Shown: one piece after another, positions 19,021 to 27,326 of the stretch
How positions within the stretch are numbered: the stretch's first letter is position 1
Layout: every line of letters starts with the position of its first letter
Sequence record: NC_054934.1
DNA: 64,000 nt
Strand: one strand, 5' to 3'
Origin: Escherichia phage teqskov
Notes under the pieces: generated by a model
Databases searched by the model: none
What the model saw: the letters and a program-made list of their open reading frames with translations, nothing else
Told to the model about the DNA's origin: nothing
Program-made: the position numbers and the translations under genes

Positions 19021-19058
19021 AAGAGAAATTATGATTCCGACATAAAAGGAAAGTTTAA

Positions 19059-19616
19059 ATGCAGAAAACGAATCCGGGTTTGCAGAGACTATTTCAGATT
19101 CCGTCATTTACCCTATCGAACAGTGACTTGACTAGTGAAATGAAGGTCAAAATTGCTGATACTGCAAGATACTCTTTAAAACAAAACCCGAACCAGGATA
19201 AAGCAGAGGTTATCGAAAGATGCCGTATCGCTGTGTACGCAGAGTTTTTTGTGGCAGATTGGCTAAGCGGATATGTCAATAAAGGTCAAGAAGATGTTAA
19301 TGACCCGTATACATACGCATGGGATGTATTGGCGCATCCAAGATACTGCGGGCTTCGTGTAGAAGTTAAGACACACCAAACTGACTCACGTTGGATTTCT
19401 GTAACAACAGGATGCAGCGGAGAGTATCCATACGGTTCTGGAATAAATCTAGGGCCCATTCTAAATCATCAAGTCGCTGACTGTATAATTATATTCAACA
19501 CTAAAGAAATTCATCCAGGTGTCATCCAGTACACTCCGAAGTTCATCGGTGATAGAGAAGACCTTCGTAAGGTTGTAAGAAAAAGCAACTACAACGGATG
19601 GTATCTTTCCATTTAA
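19059..19616 (+). CDS. denB: endonuclease IV DenB
   Basis: 185 aa (T4 DenB length); synteny after rIIB; sequence recognised. Confidence 0.8.
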   Translation: MQKTNPGLQRLFQIPSFTLSNSDLTSEMKVKIADTARYSLKQNPNQDKAEVIERCRIAVYAEFFVADWLSGYVNKGQEDVNDPYTYAWDVLAHPRYCGLRVEVKTHQTDSRWISVTTGCSGEYPYGSGINLGPILNHQVADCIIIFNTKEIHPGVIQYTPKFIGDREDLRKVVRKSNYNGWYLSI

Positions 19617-19632
19617 AAAATTTCACAAAACA

Positions 19633-19662
19633 GTTTACATACCACAAGGACCGTGGTACTAT
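19633..19662 (+). promoter_or_regulatory. early promoter
   Basis: GTTTAC -35, 18-bp spacer, TGGTACTAT; shares downstream leader with promoters at 23272 and 39649. Confidence 0.6.
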
Positions 19663-19696
19663 ACAACTATCAACTGATACGGATTTGGAGAATAAA

Positions 19697-19960
19697 ATGA
19701 AATTTAAATTTTATTACGCTAAACATAAAATAACTGATGAGTTTGTGTCAGTTGAATATTCTAGCGATGATGAAGGCATGATTTATACTCGCTTAGGATT
19801 ATCACATTGGGAGTCTGATCAGCCTTATTTTTCAACTCCTGAAGAAATTACACGCTTAGTTAATGGTCATATGAATGACCACTGGAATGTAATTCTTTCA
19901 GATAGTCTTAAAGCGGCTATTAATAGTAATGAAATGAAAATCGCTGAGATTGAACTATGA
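19697..19960 (+). CDS. hypothetical protein (87 aa)
   Basis: ATG at 19697 with GGAGAA RBS downstream of promoter (ORF-track start 19598 runs through the promoter). Confidence 0.5.
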   Translation: MKFKFYYAKHKITDEFVSVEYSSDDEGMIYTRLGLSHWESDQPYFSTPEEITRLVNGHMNDHWNVILSDSLKAAINSNEMKIAEIEL

Positions 19961-20043
19961 GTTCATTGTGGTGGTGTTTTGTTTGGTTAATTAGTATTCC
20001 ATTAATTTGTTTAACATTTACTTTTGTGATGAGGTTATTATGA
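19957..20043 (+). CDS. micro-ORF, hydrophobic peptide (28 aa)
   Basis: ATGA overlap with upstream stop; single predicted TM segment. Confidence 0.35.
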   Translation: MSSLWWCFVWLISIPLICLTFTFVMRLL

Positions 20044-20138
20044 AAATTTTGAATTCTGTGCTTATTGCTTGTGCGTGGTGGGTTGCACAAGTTTCAGCGG
20101 TAGTAGTTGGTATTCACATTTATTACGAATATTTTTAA
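20040..20138 (+). CDS. micro-ORF, hydrophobic peptide (32 aa)
   Basis: ATG overlapping previous stop; TM-like sequence. Confidence 0.35.
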   Translation: MKILNSVLIACAWWVAQVSAVVVGIHIYYEYF

Positions 20139-20145
20139 AAAAGTT

Positions 20146-20175
20146 GTTTACAAGACTGTTCCTCTGTGGTACTAT
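20146..20175 (+). promoter_or_regulatory. early promoter
   Basis: GTTTAC -35, 18-bp spacer, TGGTACTAT; spacer is complementary to the downstream SD (CTGTTCCTC / GAGGAACAG). Confidence 0.55.
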
Positions 20176-20203
20176 TACCCTATCAACTACGGAGGAACAG
20201 AAA

Positions 20204-20317
20204 ATGAAAAAGATTGTTAAAGCTATATGGAATGTAGTTATAATACTAACAGTTTTGTGTATATTCCCAATCGTTTTAATGATTGATGTATTAAACGTTT
20301 ACTTTGGATTTATGTGA
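20204..20317 (+). CDS. small membrane peptide (37 aa)
   Basis: ATG with GGAGGA RBS; single TM helix. Confidence 0.45.
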   Translation: MKKIVKAIWNVVIILTVLCIFPIVLMIDVLNVYFGFM

Positions 20318-20324
20318 GGAAAAT

Positions 20325-20522
20325 ATGAAGCGTAAACGCAGTGCTTTTACATTTATTGAATGGTTTTTCGATAATATTTTTCCGGCTTTATTCATTTTCA
20401 TGCTGATTTTTGCCTTAGGTTCAGTTGTAGTTGGAATCTATTTGATGGCGGTAGTCGGAATGGATATTCATCAAAATGGTTTAAAATCTGTGGTTGAAAC
20501 AATTTGGAATGGTGTAAAATGA
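20325..20522 (+). CDS. small membrane protein (65 aa)
   Basis: ATG with GAGGA RBS; long hydrophobic segment. Confidence 0.45.
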   Translation: MKRKRSAFTFIEWFFDNIFPALFIFMLIFALGSVVVGIYLMAVVGMDIHQNGLKSVVETIWNGVK

Positions 20523-20629
20523 TGAATTTACTAAACATTTGGTTTTATATTCTTATGTTTTACATTGGCGCAAATTTCCCATATTGGATGGGATGGTCAA
20601 CAACTGCATTTGGATTTTATACTCCTTGA
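20519..20629 (+). CDS. micro-ORF, hydrophobic peptide (36 aa)
   Basis: ATGATG start overlapping previous stop; aromatic-rich TM-like sequence. Confidence 0.35.
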   Translation: MMNLLNIWFYILMFYIGANFPYWMGWSTTAFGFYTP

Positions 20630-20637
20630 GGTGAATT

Positions 20638-20853
20638 ATGAAAAGTTTTAAAGATGTAAAAGTTGGTGAAATTTTCTGTTTAGATAATGGTGATCAGTTA
20701 ATTCGTATTTCACCTCTTAAGAGCACTAGCGAGAAACCGACAGTTAATGCTACTTTAGCAAATAATAGTAATGAACGTTTCTGTATTGAAAATGATACTG
20801 AAACTTACACTGTAGAAGAATTCTGGGAATTGAGCGTCGACTGCGACGATTAA
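20638..20853 (+). CDS. hypothetical protein (71 aa)
   Basis: ATG with GAGG RBS; hydrophilic. Confidence 0.5.
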   Translation: MKSFKDVKVGEIFCLDNGDQLIRISPLKSTSEKPTVNATLANNSNERFCIENDTETYTVEEFWELSVDCDD

Positions 20854-20859
20854 TTTAAT

Positions 20860-20882
20860 GGCCGCGTGTATTCATGCGGCCT
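20860..20882 (+). terminator. possible hairpin terminator (weak)
   Basis: GGCCGC...GCGGCC stem, poor T-tract. Confidence 0.35.
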
Positions 20883-20912
20883 TGGAGTAGAAAATAATTA
20901 GAGGAAATTAAA

Positions 20913-21356
20913 ATGAAATACATGACTGTTACTGATCTGAACAACGCAGGCGCTACTGTTATTGGTACAATCAAGGGTGGTAAGTGGTTTTTGGGAACTC
21001 CGCATAAAGATATTTTATCTAAACCTGGATTTTACTTTTTAGTAAATGAATTCGATGGTTCATGCGTATCCGCACGATTTTATGTGGGTAATCAGCGTTC
21101 TAAGCAAGGATTCAGCGCAGTTCTAAGTCATATTCGTCAACGCCGGTCTCAACTTGCGCGTACTATTGTAAATAACAATGTTCCATACACAGTATTTTAT
21201 CTGCCTGCTTCTAAGATGAAACCTCTGACGACAGGATTTGGTAAAGGTCAGTTAGCTTTGGCGTTTACTCGTAATCATCATTCTGAGTATCAAACACTTG
21301 AAGAAATGAACCGTATGTTGGCTGATAACTTTAAATTCGTTTTGCAGGCATATTAA
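20913..21356 (+). CDS. ndd: nucleoid disruption protein Ndd
   Basis: 147 aa (T4 Ndd about 151 aa); N-terminus [23 protein letters not shown] recognised; followed by stp and ac as in T4. Confidence 0.8.
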
Positions 21357-21436
21357 TGAGTAATTTCCACAACGAACATGTGATGCAGTTTTATCGTAAC
21401 AATCTTAAAACTAAAGGCGTCTTCGGACGCCAGTGA
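21356..21436 (+). CDS. stp: Stp peptide (26 aa)
   Basis: [26 protein letters not shown] recognised as T4 Stp; TAATG overlap with ndd. Confidence 0.85.
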
Positions 21437-21443
21437 GGAAAAT

Positions 21444-21602
21444 ATGAATATCGCAAAATTATTAGGAGTTATTTCATTTATTTGTTGGATAGTAGCATGT
21501 GTTTTAACTATCTGTATTGATGCCAGCAGTGTGTTTTCACAAGCTTTAGCCCAGGGTATGTGTGCATATTTAACATTTGTGTTGTTATCTACTAATGATT
21601 AA
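21444..21602 (+). CDS. ac: Ac (acridine sensitivity) small membrane protein
   Basis: 52 aa hydrophobic ORF immediately after stp, size and position as T4 ac. Confidence 0.6.
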   Translation: MNIAKLLGVISFICWIVACVLTICIDASSVFSQALAQGMCAYLTFVLLSTND

Positions 21603-21736
21603 GAAAATCTTGGGCTATTCACTAGCCCTTGCTACTTTATTGGTAGCGTTATATTACGGAATAATGTTCGGATTAATTCAAGTCGTGCTTTTCATTTCTG
21701 ATGTTATTATGGCACTACATTCACTAGTATGGTAAA
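21596..21736 (+). CDS. small membrane peptide (46 aa)
   Basis: ATG overlapping ac stop; hydrophobic. Confidence 0.4.
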
Positions 21737-21739
21737 TTT

Positions 21740-23068
21740 ATGCAACTGAATAATCGCGATTTAAAAAGTATCATTGATAATGAAGCATTGGCTTATGCTA
21801 TGTACACGGTTGAAAATCGTGCTATCCCAAATATGATTGACGGATTTAAGCCAGTCCAACGATTTGTTATTGCTCGAGCTCTTGATTTGGCACGAGGAAA
21901 TAAAGATAAGTTTCACAAACTTGCTTCTATTGCAGGTGGTGTAGCTGACCTTGGATATCATCATGGTGAAAACTCTGCACAAGATGCAGGTGCTTTGATG
22001 GCTAACACTTGGAATAATAATTTTCCTCTGTTAGATGGTCAAGGAAACTTTGGTTCTCGTACCGTCCAAAAAGCAGCAGCAAGTCGTTATATTTTTGCTC
22101 GTGTAAGTAAAAATTTCTATAACGTATATAAAGATACTGAATATGCTCCGGTACATCAAGATAAAGAACACATTCCGCCTGCTTTCTATTTACCTATTAT
22201 TCCTACTGTTCTTCTTAATGGCGTTTCCGGTATTGCAACTGGTTATGCAACTTACATTCTTCCTCATAGTGTTTCTTCTGTCAAGAAAGCTGTACTGCAA
22301 GCTCTTCAAGGAAAGAAAGTAACTAAACCGAAGGTAGAATTCCCAGAATTTCGTGGTGAAGTCGTTGAAATTGATGGGCAATATGAAATTCGTGGAACAT
22401 ATAAGTTTACTTCACGAACTCAAATGCATATCACTGAGATTCCGTATAAGTATGATCGTGAAACTTATGTGAGTAAAATCTTAGACCCACTTGAAGATAA
22501 AGGCTTCATTACATGGGATGATGCTTGTGGTGAGCATGGTTTTGGCTTTAAAGTTAAATTCCGTAAAGAATATTCTTTGAGCGATAATGAAGAAGAACGC
22601 CATGCAAAAATTATGAAAGACTTCGGGTTGATTGAGCGTCGTTCTCAGAATATTACGGTTATTAATGAGAAAGGAAAACTACAAGTTTACGATAACGTAG
22701 TCGATTTAATTAAAGACTTTGTTGAAGTTCGTAAAACTTATGTCCAAAAACGAATTGATAACAAAATCAAAGAAACTGAATCAGCTTTTCGTTTAGCCTT
22801 TGCCAAGGCGCATTTCATTAAGAAAGTAATTTCAGGTGAAATTGTTGTACAGGGTAAAACTCGTAAAGAACTGACCGAAGAACTTTCTAAAATTGAGATG
22901 TATTCTTCTTATGTTGATAAACTAGTTGGTATGAATATTTTTCATATGACTTCTGATGAAGCAAAGAAACTTGCTGAAGAAGCTAAAGCTAAAAAAGAAG
23001 AAAACGAATATTGGAAAACTACTGATGTAGTTACAGAATACACCAAAGATTTAGAGGAAATCAAATGA
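21740..23068 (+). CDS. 52: DNA topoisomerase II medium (GyrA-like) subunit gp52
   Basis: 442 aa (T4 gp52 length); synteny stp-ac-52-motA. Confidence 0.9.
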   Translation: MQLNNRDLKSIIDNEALAYAMYTVENRAIPNMIDGFKPVQRFVIARALDLARGNKDKFHKLASIAGGVADLGYHHGENSAQDAGALMANTWNNNFPLLDGQGNFGSRTVQKAAASRYIFARVSKNFYNVYKDTEYAPVHQDKEHIPPAFYLPIIPTVLLNGVSGIATGYATYILPHSVSSVKKAVLQALQGKKVTKPKVEFPEFRGEVVEIDGQYEIRGTYKFTSRTQMHITEIPYKYDRETYVSKILDPLEDKGFITWDDACGEHGFGFKVKFRKEYSLSDNEEERHAKIMKDFGLIERRSQNITVINEKGKLQVYDNVVDLIKDFVEVRKTYVQKRIDNKIKETESAFRLAFAKAHFIKKVISGEIVVQGKTRKELTEELSKIEMYSSYVDKLVGMNIFHMTSDEAKKLAEEAKAKKEENEYWKTTDVVTEYTKDLEEIK

Positions 23069-23214
23069 GTCCATTCATAGGTATTACAAGCGCTGCATTA
23101 GTATCCGGTAGCATTTTACTGGCGGGTTTAGGTGTTGTTCCAGCCGTAGCAGGAGGTCTTCTTGCGTTCGGCATTCAACGTGTTATCATGACAGTTATCA
23201 CAGTCATGCAGTAA
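23065..23214 (+). CDS. small membrane peptide (49 aa)
   Basis: ATGA overlap with gp52 stop; Gly/Ala-rich hydrophobic sequence; followed by strong terminator. Confidence 0.45.
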   Translation: MSPFIGITSAALVSGSILLAGLGVVPAVAGGLLAFGIQRVIMTVITVMQ

Positions 23215-23219
23215 TTTTA

Positions 23220-23247
23220 GGGAGAGCCGAGGCTCTCCCTTTTTTTA
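23220..23247 (+). terminator. rho-independent terminator
   Basis: GGGAGAGCCGAGGCTCTCCC followed by TTTTTTT. Confidence 0.8.
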
Positions 23248-23310
23248 TTTCAAAAATTTTTTCACAAAACGGTTTACAACCAAAGCATACTGTGGTACTA
23301 TACAACTATC
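23243..23310 (+). repeat. about 68-bp promoter cassette repeat, copy A
   Basis: Near-identical (1 indel, 1 mismatch) to 39621..39687. Confidence 0.8.
23272..23301 (+). promoter_or_regulatory. early promoter for motA
   Basis: A/T-rich upstream tract, GTTTAC -35, 18-bp spacer, TGTGGTACTAT. Confidence 0.65.
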
Positions 23311-23342
23311 AACTACTGATACAGAATTACGGAGATTAGAAA

Positions 23343-23978
23343 ATGTCTAAAGTAACTTACATCATCAAAGCTTCTAACGATGTTCTGAATGAAAAAACCG
23401 CTGCGATTTTAATTACCATTGCTAAGAAAGATTTCATTACAGCTGCAGAAGTTCGTGAGGTGCATCCAGATTTAGGTAACGCAGTAGTTAATAGTAATAT
23501 TGGGGTATTAATTAAAAAAGGCCTGGTAGAGAAATCAGGTGATGGATTAATCATCACGGGTGAAGCACAAGATATTATTTCAAATGCAGCAACTTTATAT
23601 GCACAGGAAAATGCTCCAGAACTTCTGAAAAAACGAGCAACTCGTAAAGCTCGTGAGATTACTTCTGATATGGAAGAAGATAAAGACCTCATGTTAAAAC
23701 TTTTAGATGAAAATGGATTTGTTCTTAAAAAGGTTGAAACTTATCGTAGTAATTATCTTGCCATTTTAGAAAAACGTACTCATGGAATTCGCAATTTTGA
23801 AATTAACAACAATGGAAATATGCGAATTTTTGGATACAAAATGATGGAACATCATATTCAGAAATTTACTGATATCGGAATGTCATGTAAAATCGCTAAA
23901 AACGGTAATGTGTATCTTGACATTAAACGCTCAGCAGAAAACATTGAAGCAGTAATCACTGTAGCATCTGAACTGTGA
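23343..23978 (+). CDS. motA: middle transcription activator MotA
   Basis: 211 aa (T4 MotA length); sequence recognised. Confidence 0.88.
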   Translation: MSKVTYIIKASNDVLNEKTAAILITIAKKDFITAAEVREVHPDLGNAVVNSNIGVLIKKGLVEKSGDGLIITGEAQDIISNAATLYAQENAPELLKKRATRKAREITSDMEEDKDLMLKLLDENGFVLKKVETYRSNYLAILEKRTHGIRNFEINNNGNMRIFGYKMMEHHIQKFTDIGMSCKIAKNGNVYLDIKRSAENIEAVITVASEL

Positions 23979-23988
23979 GGAATAAATA

Positions 23989-24318
23989 ATGAACAAGTTA
24001 GAAATTGTTAATGAACTTCGTCGTTGTGCAGAACCTACACAAGAGGGTTGGGACATCTGGTATCATGGAGCTTATCTTGGAACTATCGTAAAGATTAAGA
24101 CTGGTAAATACATGATTATTCGTGAAAGTAAAGATGCTCCAGTAGGTATTCGTAATAATTTTATGGCAGCGATAAGTTCATTTACGGATGCAGCTTACGA
24201 AATTTACCTTGCTGATTATAAAGAATTCCAGGAATCTCAACCGGTTATTCGTTCAATTGGTGTTAACAGAGCTCAGCAGAAAACTTTGTGGCAACGTATT
24301 AAAGGATGGTTTAAATGA
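23989..24318 (+). CDS. hypothetical protein (109 aa)
   Basis: ATG with GAGGAATAAA RBS. Confidence 0.5.
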   Translation: MNKLEIVNELRRCAEPTQEGWDIWYHGAYLGTIVKIKTGKYMIIRESKDAPVGIRNNFMAAISSFTDAAYEIYLADYKEFQESQPVIRSIGVNRAQQKTLWQRIKGWFK

Positions 24319-24776
24319 ACCCATTTATCAATCGTTTAAAAATGCTGAATGTTCCTTTATCTCGTGAAACTCCAGAAAGTCTTGTTGAAAAATTTAAAAC
24401 GCATGGTTATAAATGCACAGAAGAAGATATTCTGAAAGAAGTTCCTGAAATCTGTTGGCAGACTGCGTACTGGGATGAAAACCAAAAGTATCAACGACGA
24501 ATTGTCTGTGCAGCCAACCGTTTTAAATTAAAAGATGGACGAACTCTTATTATTCCAGGTGCTCGTCATTATTCTAAAGATATGGCAGAAGTTTTAGATG
24601 TAGTTAAACCTCAATTAGTTACTCAACAAGTTTGTGATGATGACCAAGGGTTTATTGACCAATACAGTAATTATTGGACACGTGAAGAAGCAATGATTAT
24701 TGCAACTTACGCTGGACAAGTACGTATTGAACGTGGTGGTAGTGAAAAAGAACTTTACTCTGAGGACCTTTACTAA
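24315..24776 (+). CDS. hypothetical protein (153 aa)
   Basis: ATGA overlap with previous gene. Confidence 0.5.
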   Translation: MNPFINRLKMLNVPLSRETPESLVEKFKTHGYKCTEEDILKEVPEICWQTAYWDENQKYQRRIVCAANRFKLKDGRTLIIPGARHYSKDMAEVLDVVKPQLVTQQVCDDDQGFIDQYSNYWTREEAMIIATYAGQVRIERGGSEKELYSEDLY

Positions 24777-25072
24777 TGAATATTAAAAAGTTTCAAATCG
24801 ATGGAATTATGAATCAAATCCAGGCACTGGAATATGCCAATAAAATGATGTCAACTAATTGGGGAATTTATGCGAATGAGCCGGCATTTAAATTTTGTGA
24901 TATGGAATTTGCCAAAAAGCTTGTAGGAAAAGATTATGTATGTCCATTTAGTTCTCCAGTAAATGGAATGCTAAAACCTGCTTTACGCGATCTTTATATT
25001 GCGATGAACGAAGAAATGATAAAAGAATTAAAACGTCAACTGAAGGTGATTCAATTTGGCCAGGGAAATTAA
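24776..25072 (+). CDS. hypothetical protein (98 aa)
   Basis: TAATG overlap with previous gene. Confidence 0.5.
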   Translation: MNIKKFQIDGIMNQIQALEYANKMMSTNWGIYANEPAFKFCDMEFAKKLVGKDYVCPFSSPVNGMLKPALRDLYIAMNEEMIKELKRQLKVIQFGQGN

Positions 25073-25357
25073 TTCAAAATCTGATTATTTTAATTCTCTC
25101 AATGATAAAGATAAAAATCTAATACGGCATTTTATTGTTGAGATGGGATATACCGATACACGCGATTTAAGAGAACATATATTTGAATGTGGTGTAGCTA
25201 AAAAGTTTTCATTCACATGCAAATGTTTAAAAGAGGTAATTCAGCATTATGAACAATTTAGTCGCAAAACATAATTTTAATAAAGCTTCTGTTCATAAGG
25301 ATAAGAAGAAAGCGTTTAAAGAATCTAATCGCAAACAGAAACATAAGGGGAAGGTCT

Positions 25358-25636
25358 ATGATTATTGATTCTCAGTCTGTGGTTCAATACACAATCAAAA
25401 TTGATATTCTAGAAAAGCTATATAAGTTTCTACCAAATTTATACCACTCAATTGTTAATGAATTAGTTGAAGAACTGCATCTTGAGAATAATGATTTCTT
25501 GATTGGAACTTATAAAGACCTCTCAAAAGCCGGATATTTCTACGTAATTCCAGCTCCAGGAAAAAGTATTGATGATGTATTAAAAACTATAATGATTTAT
25601 GTCCATGATTATGAAATTGAAGATTATTTCGAATGA
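25358..25636 (+). CDS. acidic 92-aa protein, Arn-like anti-restriction candidate
   Basis: 92 aa (T4 Arn length), strongly acidic, located upstream of asiA; identity not verifiable. Confidence 0.45.
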   Translation: MIIDSQSVVQYTIKIDILEKLYKFLPNLYHSIVNELVEELHLENNDFLIGTYKDLSKAGYFYVIPAPGKSIDDVLKTIMIYVHDYEIEDYFE

Positions 25637-25785
25637 GTTATAATCTTGAAAAAGTAATCGAGCATAATGTAGCTCAGGAGCGTAAGTCGTTCAAGGAATT
25701 CGTAGAAAAAATTTTTGAAGAAAATAACACAGACCAGTTTACAAATCAAGCGTCTGATGATATTATAACAAAGTCAACTAATTGA
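25633..25785 (+). CDS. hypothetical protein (50 aa)
   Basis: ATGA overlap with previous stop; below ORF-track cutoff. Confidence 0.35.
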   Translation: MSYNLEKVIEHNVAQERKSFKEFVEKIFEENNTDQFTNQASDDIITKSTN

Positions 25786-25797
25786 GTGGTATAGTTA

Positions 25798-26070
25798 ATG
25801 AATAAAAACATTGATACAGTTCGTGAAATTATTACTGTTGCGTCTATTTTGATTAAATTTTTCAGAGAAGATATTGTTGAAAATCGTGCTAATTTTATTG
25901 CATTTCTGAATGAGATTGGAGTAACGCATGAAGGTAGAAAATTAAATCAGAATTCATTCCGTAAAATTGTTTCTGAATTAACTCAAGAAGATAAGAAAAC
26001 CCTCATCGACGAATTCAACGAGGGTTTTGAGGGTGTATATCGATATCTAGAGATGTATACGAACAAATAA
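25798..26070 (+). CDS. asiA: anti-sigma70 factor AsiA
   Basis: 90 aa; MNKNIDTVREIITVASILIKF... recognised as T4 AsiA. Confidence 0.9.
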   Translation: MNKNIDTVREIITVASILIKFFREDIVENRANFIAFLNEIGVTHEGRKLNQNSFRKIVSELTQEDKKTLIDEFNEGFEGVYRYLEMYTNK

Positions 26071-26727
26071 TTATTTAGCCCTTCCTAATATTCTGGCCGC
26101 CTGAGCACATATTGATTCAAGGCGGTCATTACTTATATGATCATTTCTATACCAGTACATTGTTATTGTTCCAGCATAGATATTATCCAAATTAAAATAT
26201 GGACAACTATACATGTAGTTTATTTCGGGAGTAGGCTTTTTAGTTGGTAAAAAAGCAAATTTTGAGTCAGAATAATAATGACGTCCATTTAAATGAACTG
26301 TATATTCATCCATAGTTTTATCAACAGGATATCCTCCAAGTGATTTTTCAGTTATTGTTGAAGGTAATCTTCCTTCGTATGCTATAATATCAACAAAATA
26401 GTTTAAGTTTTTAGGGCGGAAAGAATACACCGCACTAAAGTCTGCCTCAGATGATATATGAACTATCTGGAGTTGTTCCAGGGCGACAGATTCAAAGCGT
26501 GCATTTCTTTCCTTTTCAATAATTTCACTGTATGTTTCATACTTTGATTGCTTATAGTACTCAAAGAAACTATCTCCCCTATACCAAACAATCGCCATCA
26601 TAAATAAAAGAATTACGACAGCTACCCGGGAAGCAAGAACCTTCCCAGTAGCGTTATCTTTGAACAAGCGATCTAGAACACCAAACAGAATATCAGAGGG
26701 CGAAAATGATATTCTAGGTGCTGCCAT
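26071..26727 (-). CDS. t: holin T
   Basis: 218 aa (T4 holin length); N-terminal TM segment; downstream of gene 38. Confidence 0.88.
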   Translation of the reverse strand: MAAPRISFSPSDILFGVLDRLFKDNATGKVLASRVAVVILLFMMAIVWYRGDSFFEYYKQSKYETYSEIIEKERNARFESVALEQLQIVHISSEADFSAVYSFRPKNLNYFVDIIAYEGRLPSTITEKSLGGYPVDKTMDEYTVHLNGRHYYSDSKFAFLPTKKPTPEINYMYSCPYFNLDNIYAGTITMYWYRNDHISNDRLESICAQAARILGRAK

Positions 26728-26744
26728 AGACCCTCCTTTTAAGA

Positions 26745-26752
26745 TATTTATA
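26745..26752 (-). promoter_or_regulatory. late promoter (TATAAATA) for t
   Basis: TATAAATA on minus strand inside the 3' end of gene 38, about 18 nt before t start. Confidence 0.5.
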
Positions 26753-27299
26753 CGTAATGCTTGAATAAACGCTTATACCAAGGTTTCCGTTCTTTTTCAG
26801 GCCATGAAGGGAATTCACCACCTAAATGCTCATGCTTTTCTAAAAGAGCAAAGAACCGCTTAAGGTTTTTATAATAAAATTTTTCCTTTTTATTGGCGAC
26901 AGAAGCTTCAATCATATTATTTAAAACTTGGAACTCTTTATATAATTCTTCAATTTTTCTATTACGAATTAAAACTCGCTTATATGTTTCGTCTTCTTTC
27001 CAACCGTCATCAGTCCATATATCAAATTCGCCAGGCTCATCAAAAGTTATACCAACCGGGCTTCCAATTTCACTTATAAAAATTTCTTCTTTATTAAAAG
27101 TCCATGCTCGTTTTCCGCGATGGTCTTCTTCATAAATCCAATCCTGAGTACGTTCATCAAATACAACTGCATATCCTTCTTTAGGTTCTAAAGGTTTTTT
27201 AATTGTTGAATGAGCAGGAAGACCGAGGCCTTTAACCGGTTTGTAATTTTCTTCTTTGTAAAATTCTTTAGTGTCAAAATAATAATGATATATTTTCAT
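26748..27299 (-). CDS. 38: gp38 tail-fibre assembly chaperone (T4-type)
   Basis: 183 aa (T4 gp38 length); downstream of gene 37. Confidence 0.8.
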   Translation of the reverse strand: MKIYHYYFDTKEFYKEENYKPVKGLGLPAHSTIKKPLEPKEGYAVVFDERTQDWIYEEDHRGKRAWTFNKEEIFISEIGSPVGITFDEPGEFDIWTDDGWKEDETYKRVLIRNRKIEELYKEFQVLNNMIEASVANKKEKFYYKNLKRFFALLEKHEHLGGEFPSWPEKERKPWYKRLFKHYV

Positions 27300-27326
27300 A
27301 TTTAGAAGGGGCCGAAGCCCCTCTCC

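Noticed and set aside
25056-25274. 72-aa ORF with only a TTG start between the 98-aa gene and the Arn-like gene
   Set aside because: No ATG or GTG with RBS; may be real but unsupported, so left out of the feature list. A 39-codon ATG frame at about 25247 is equally weak.
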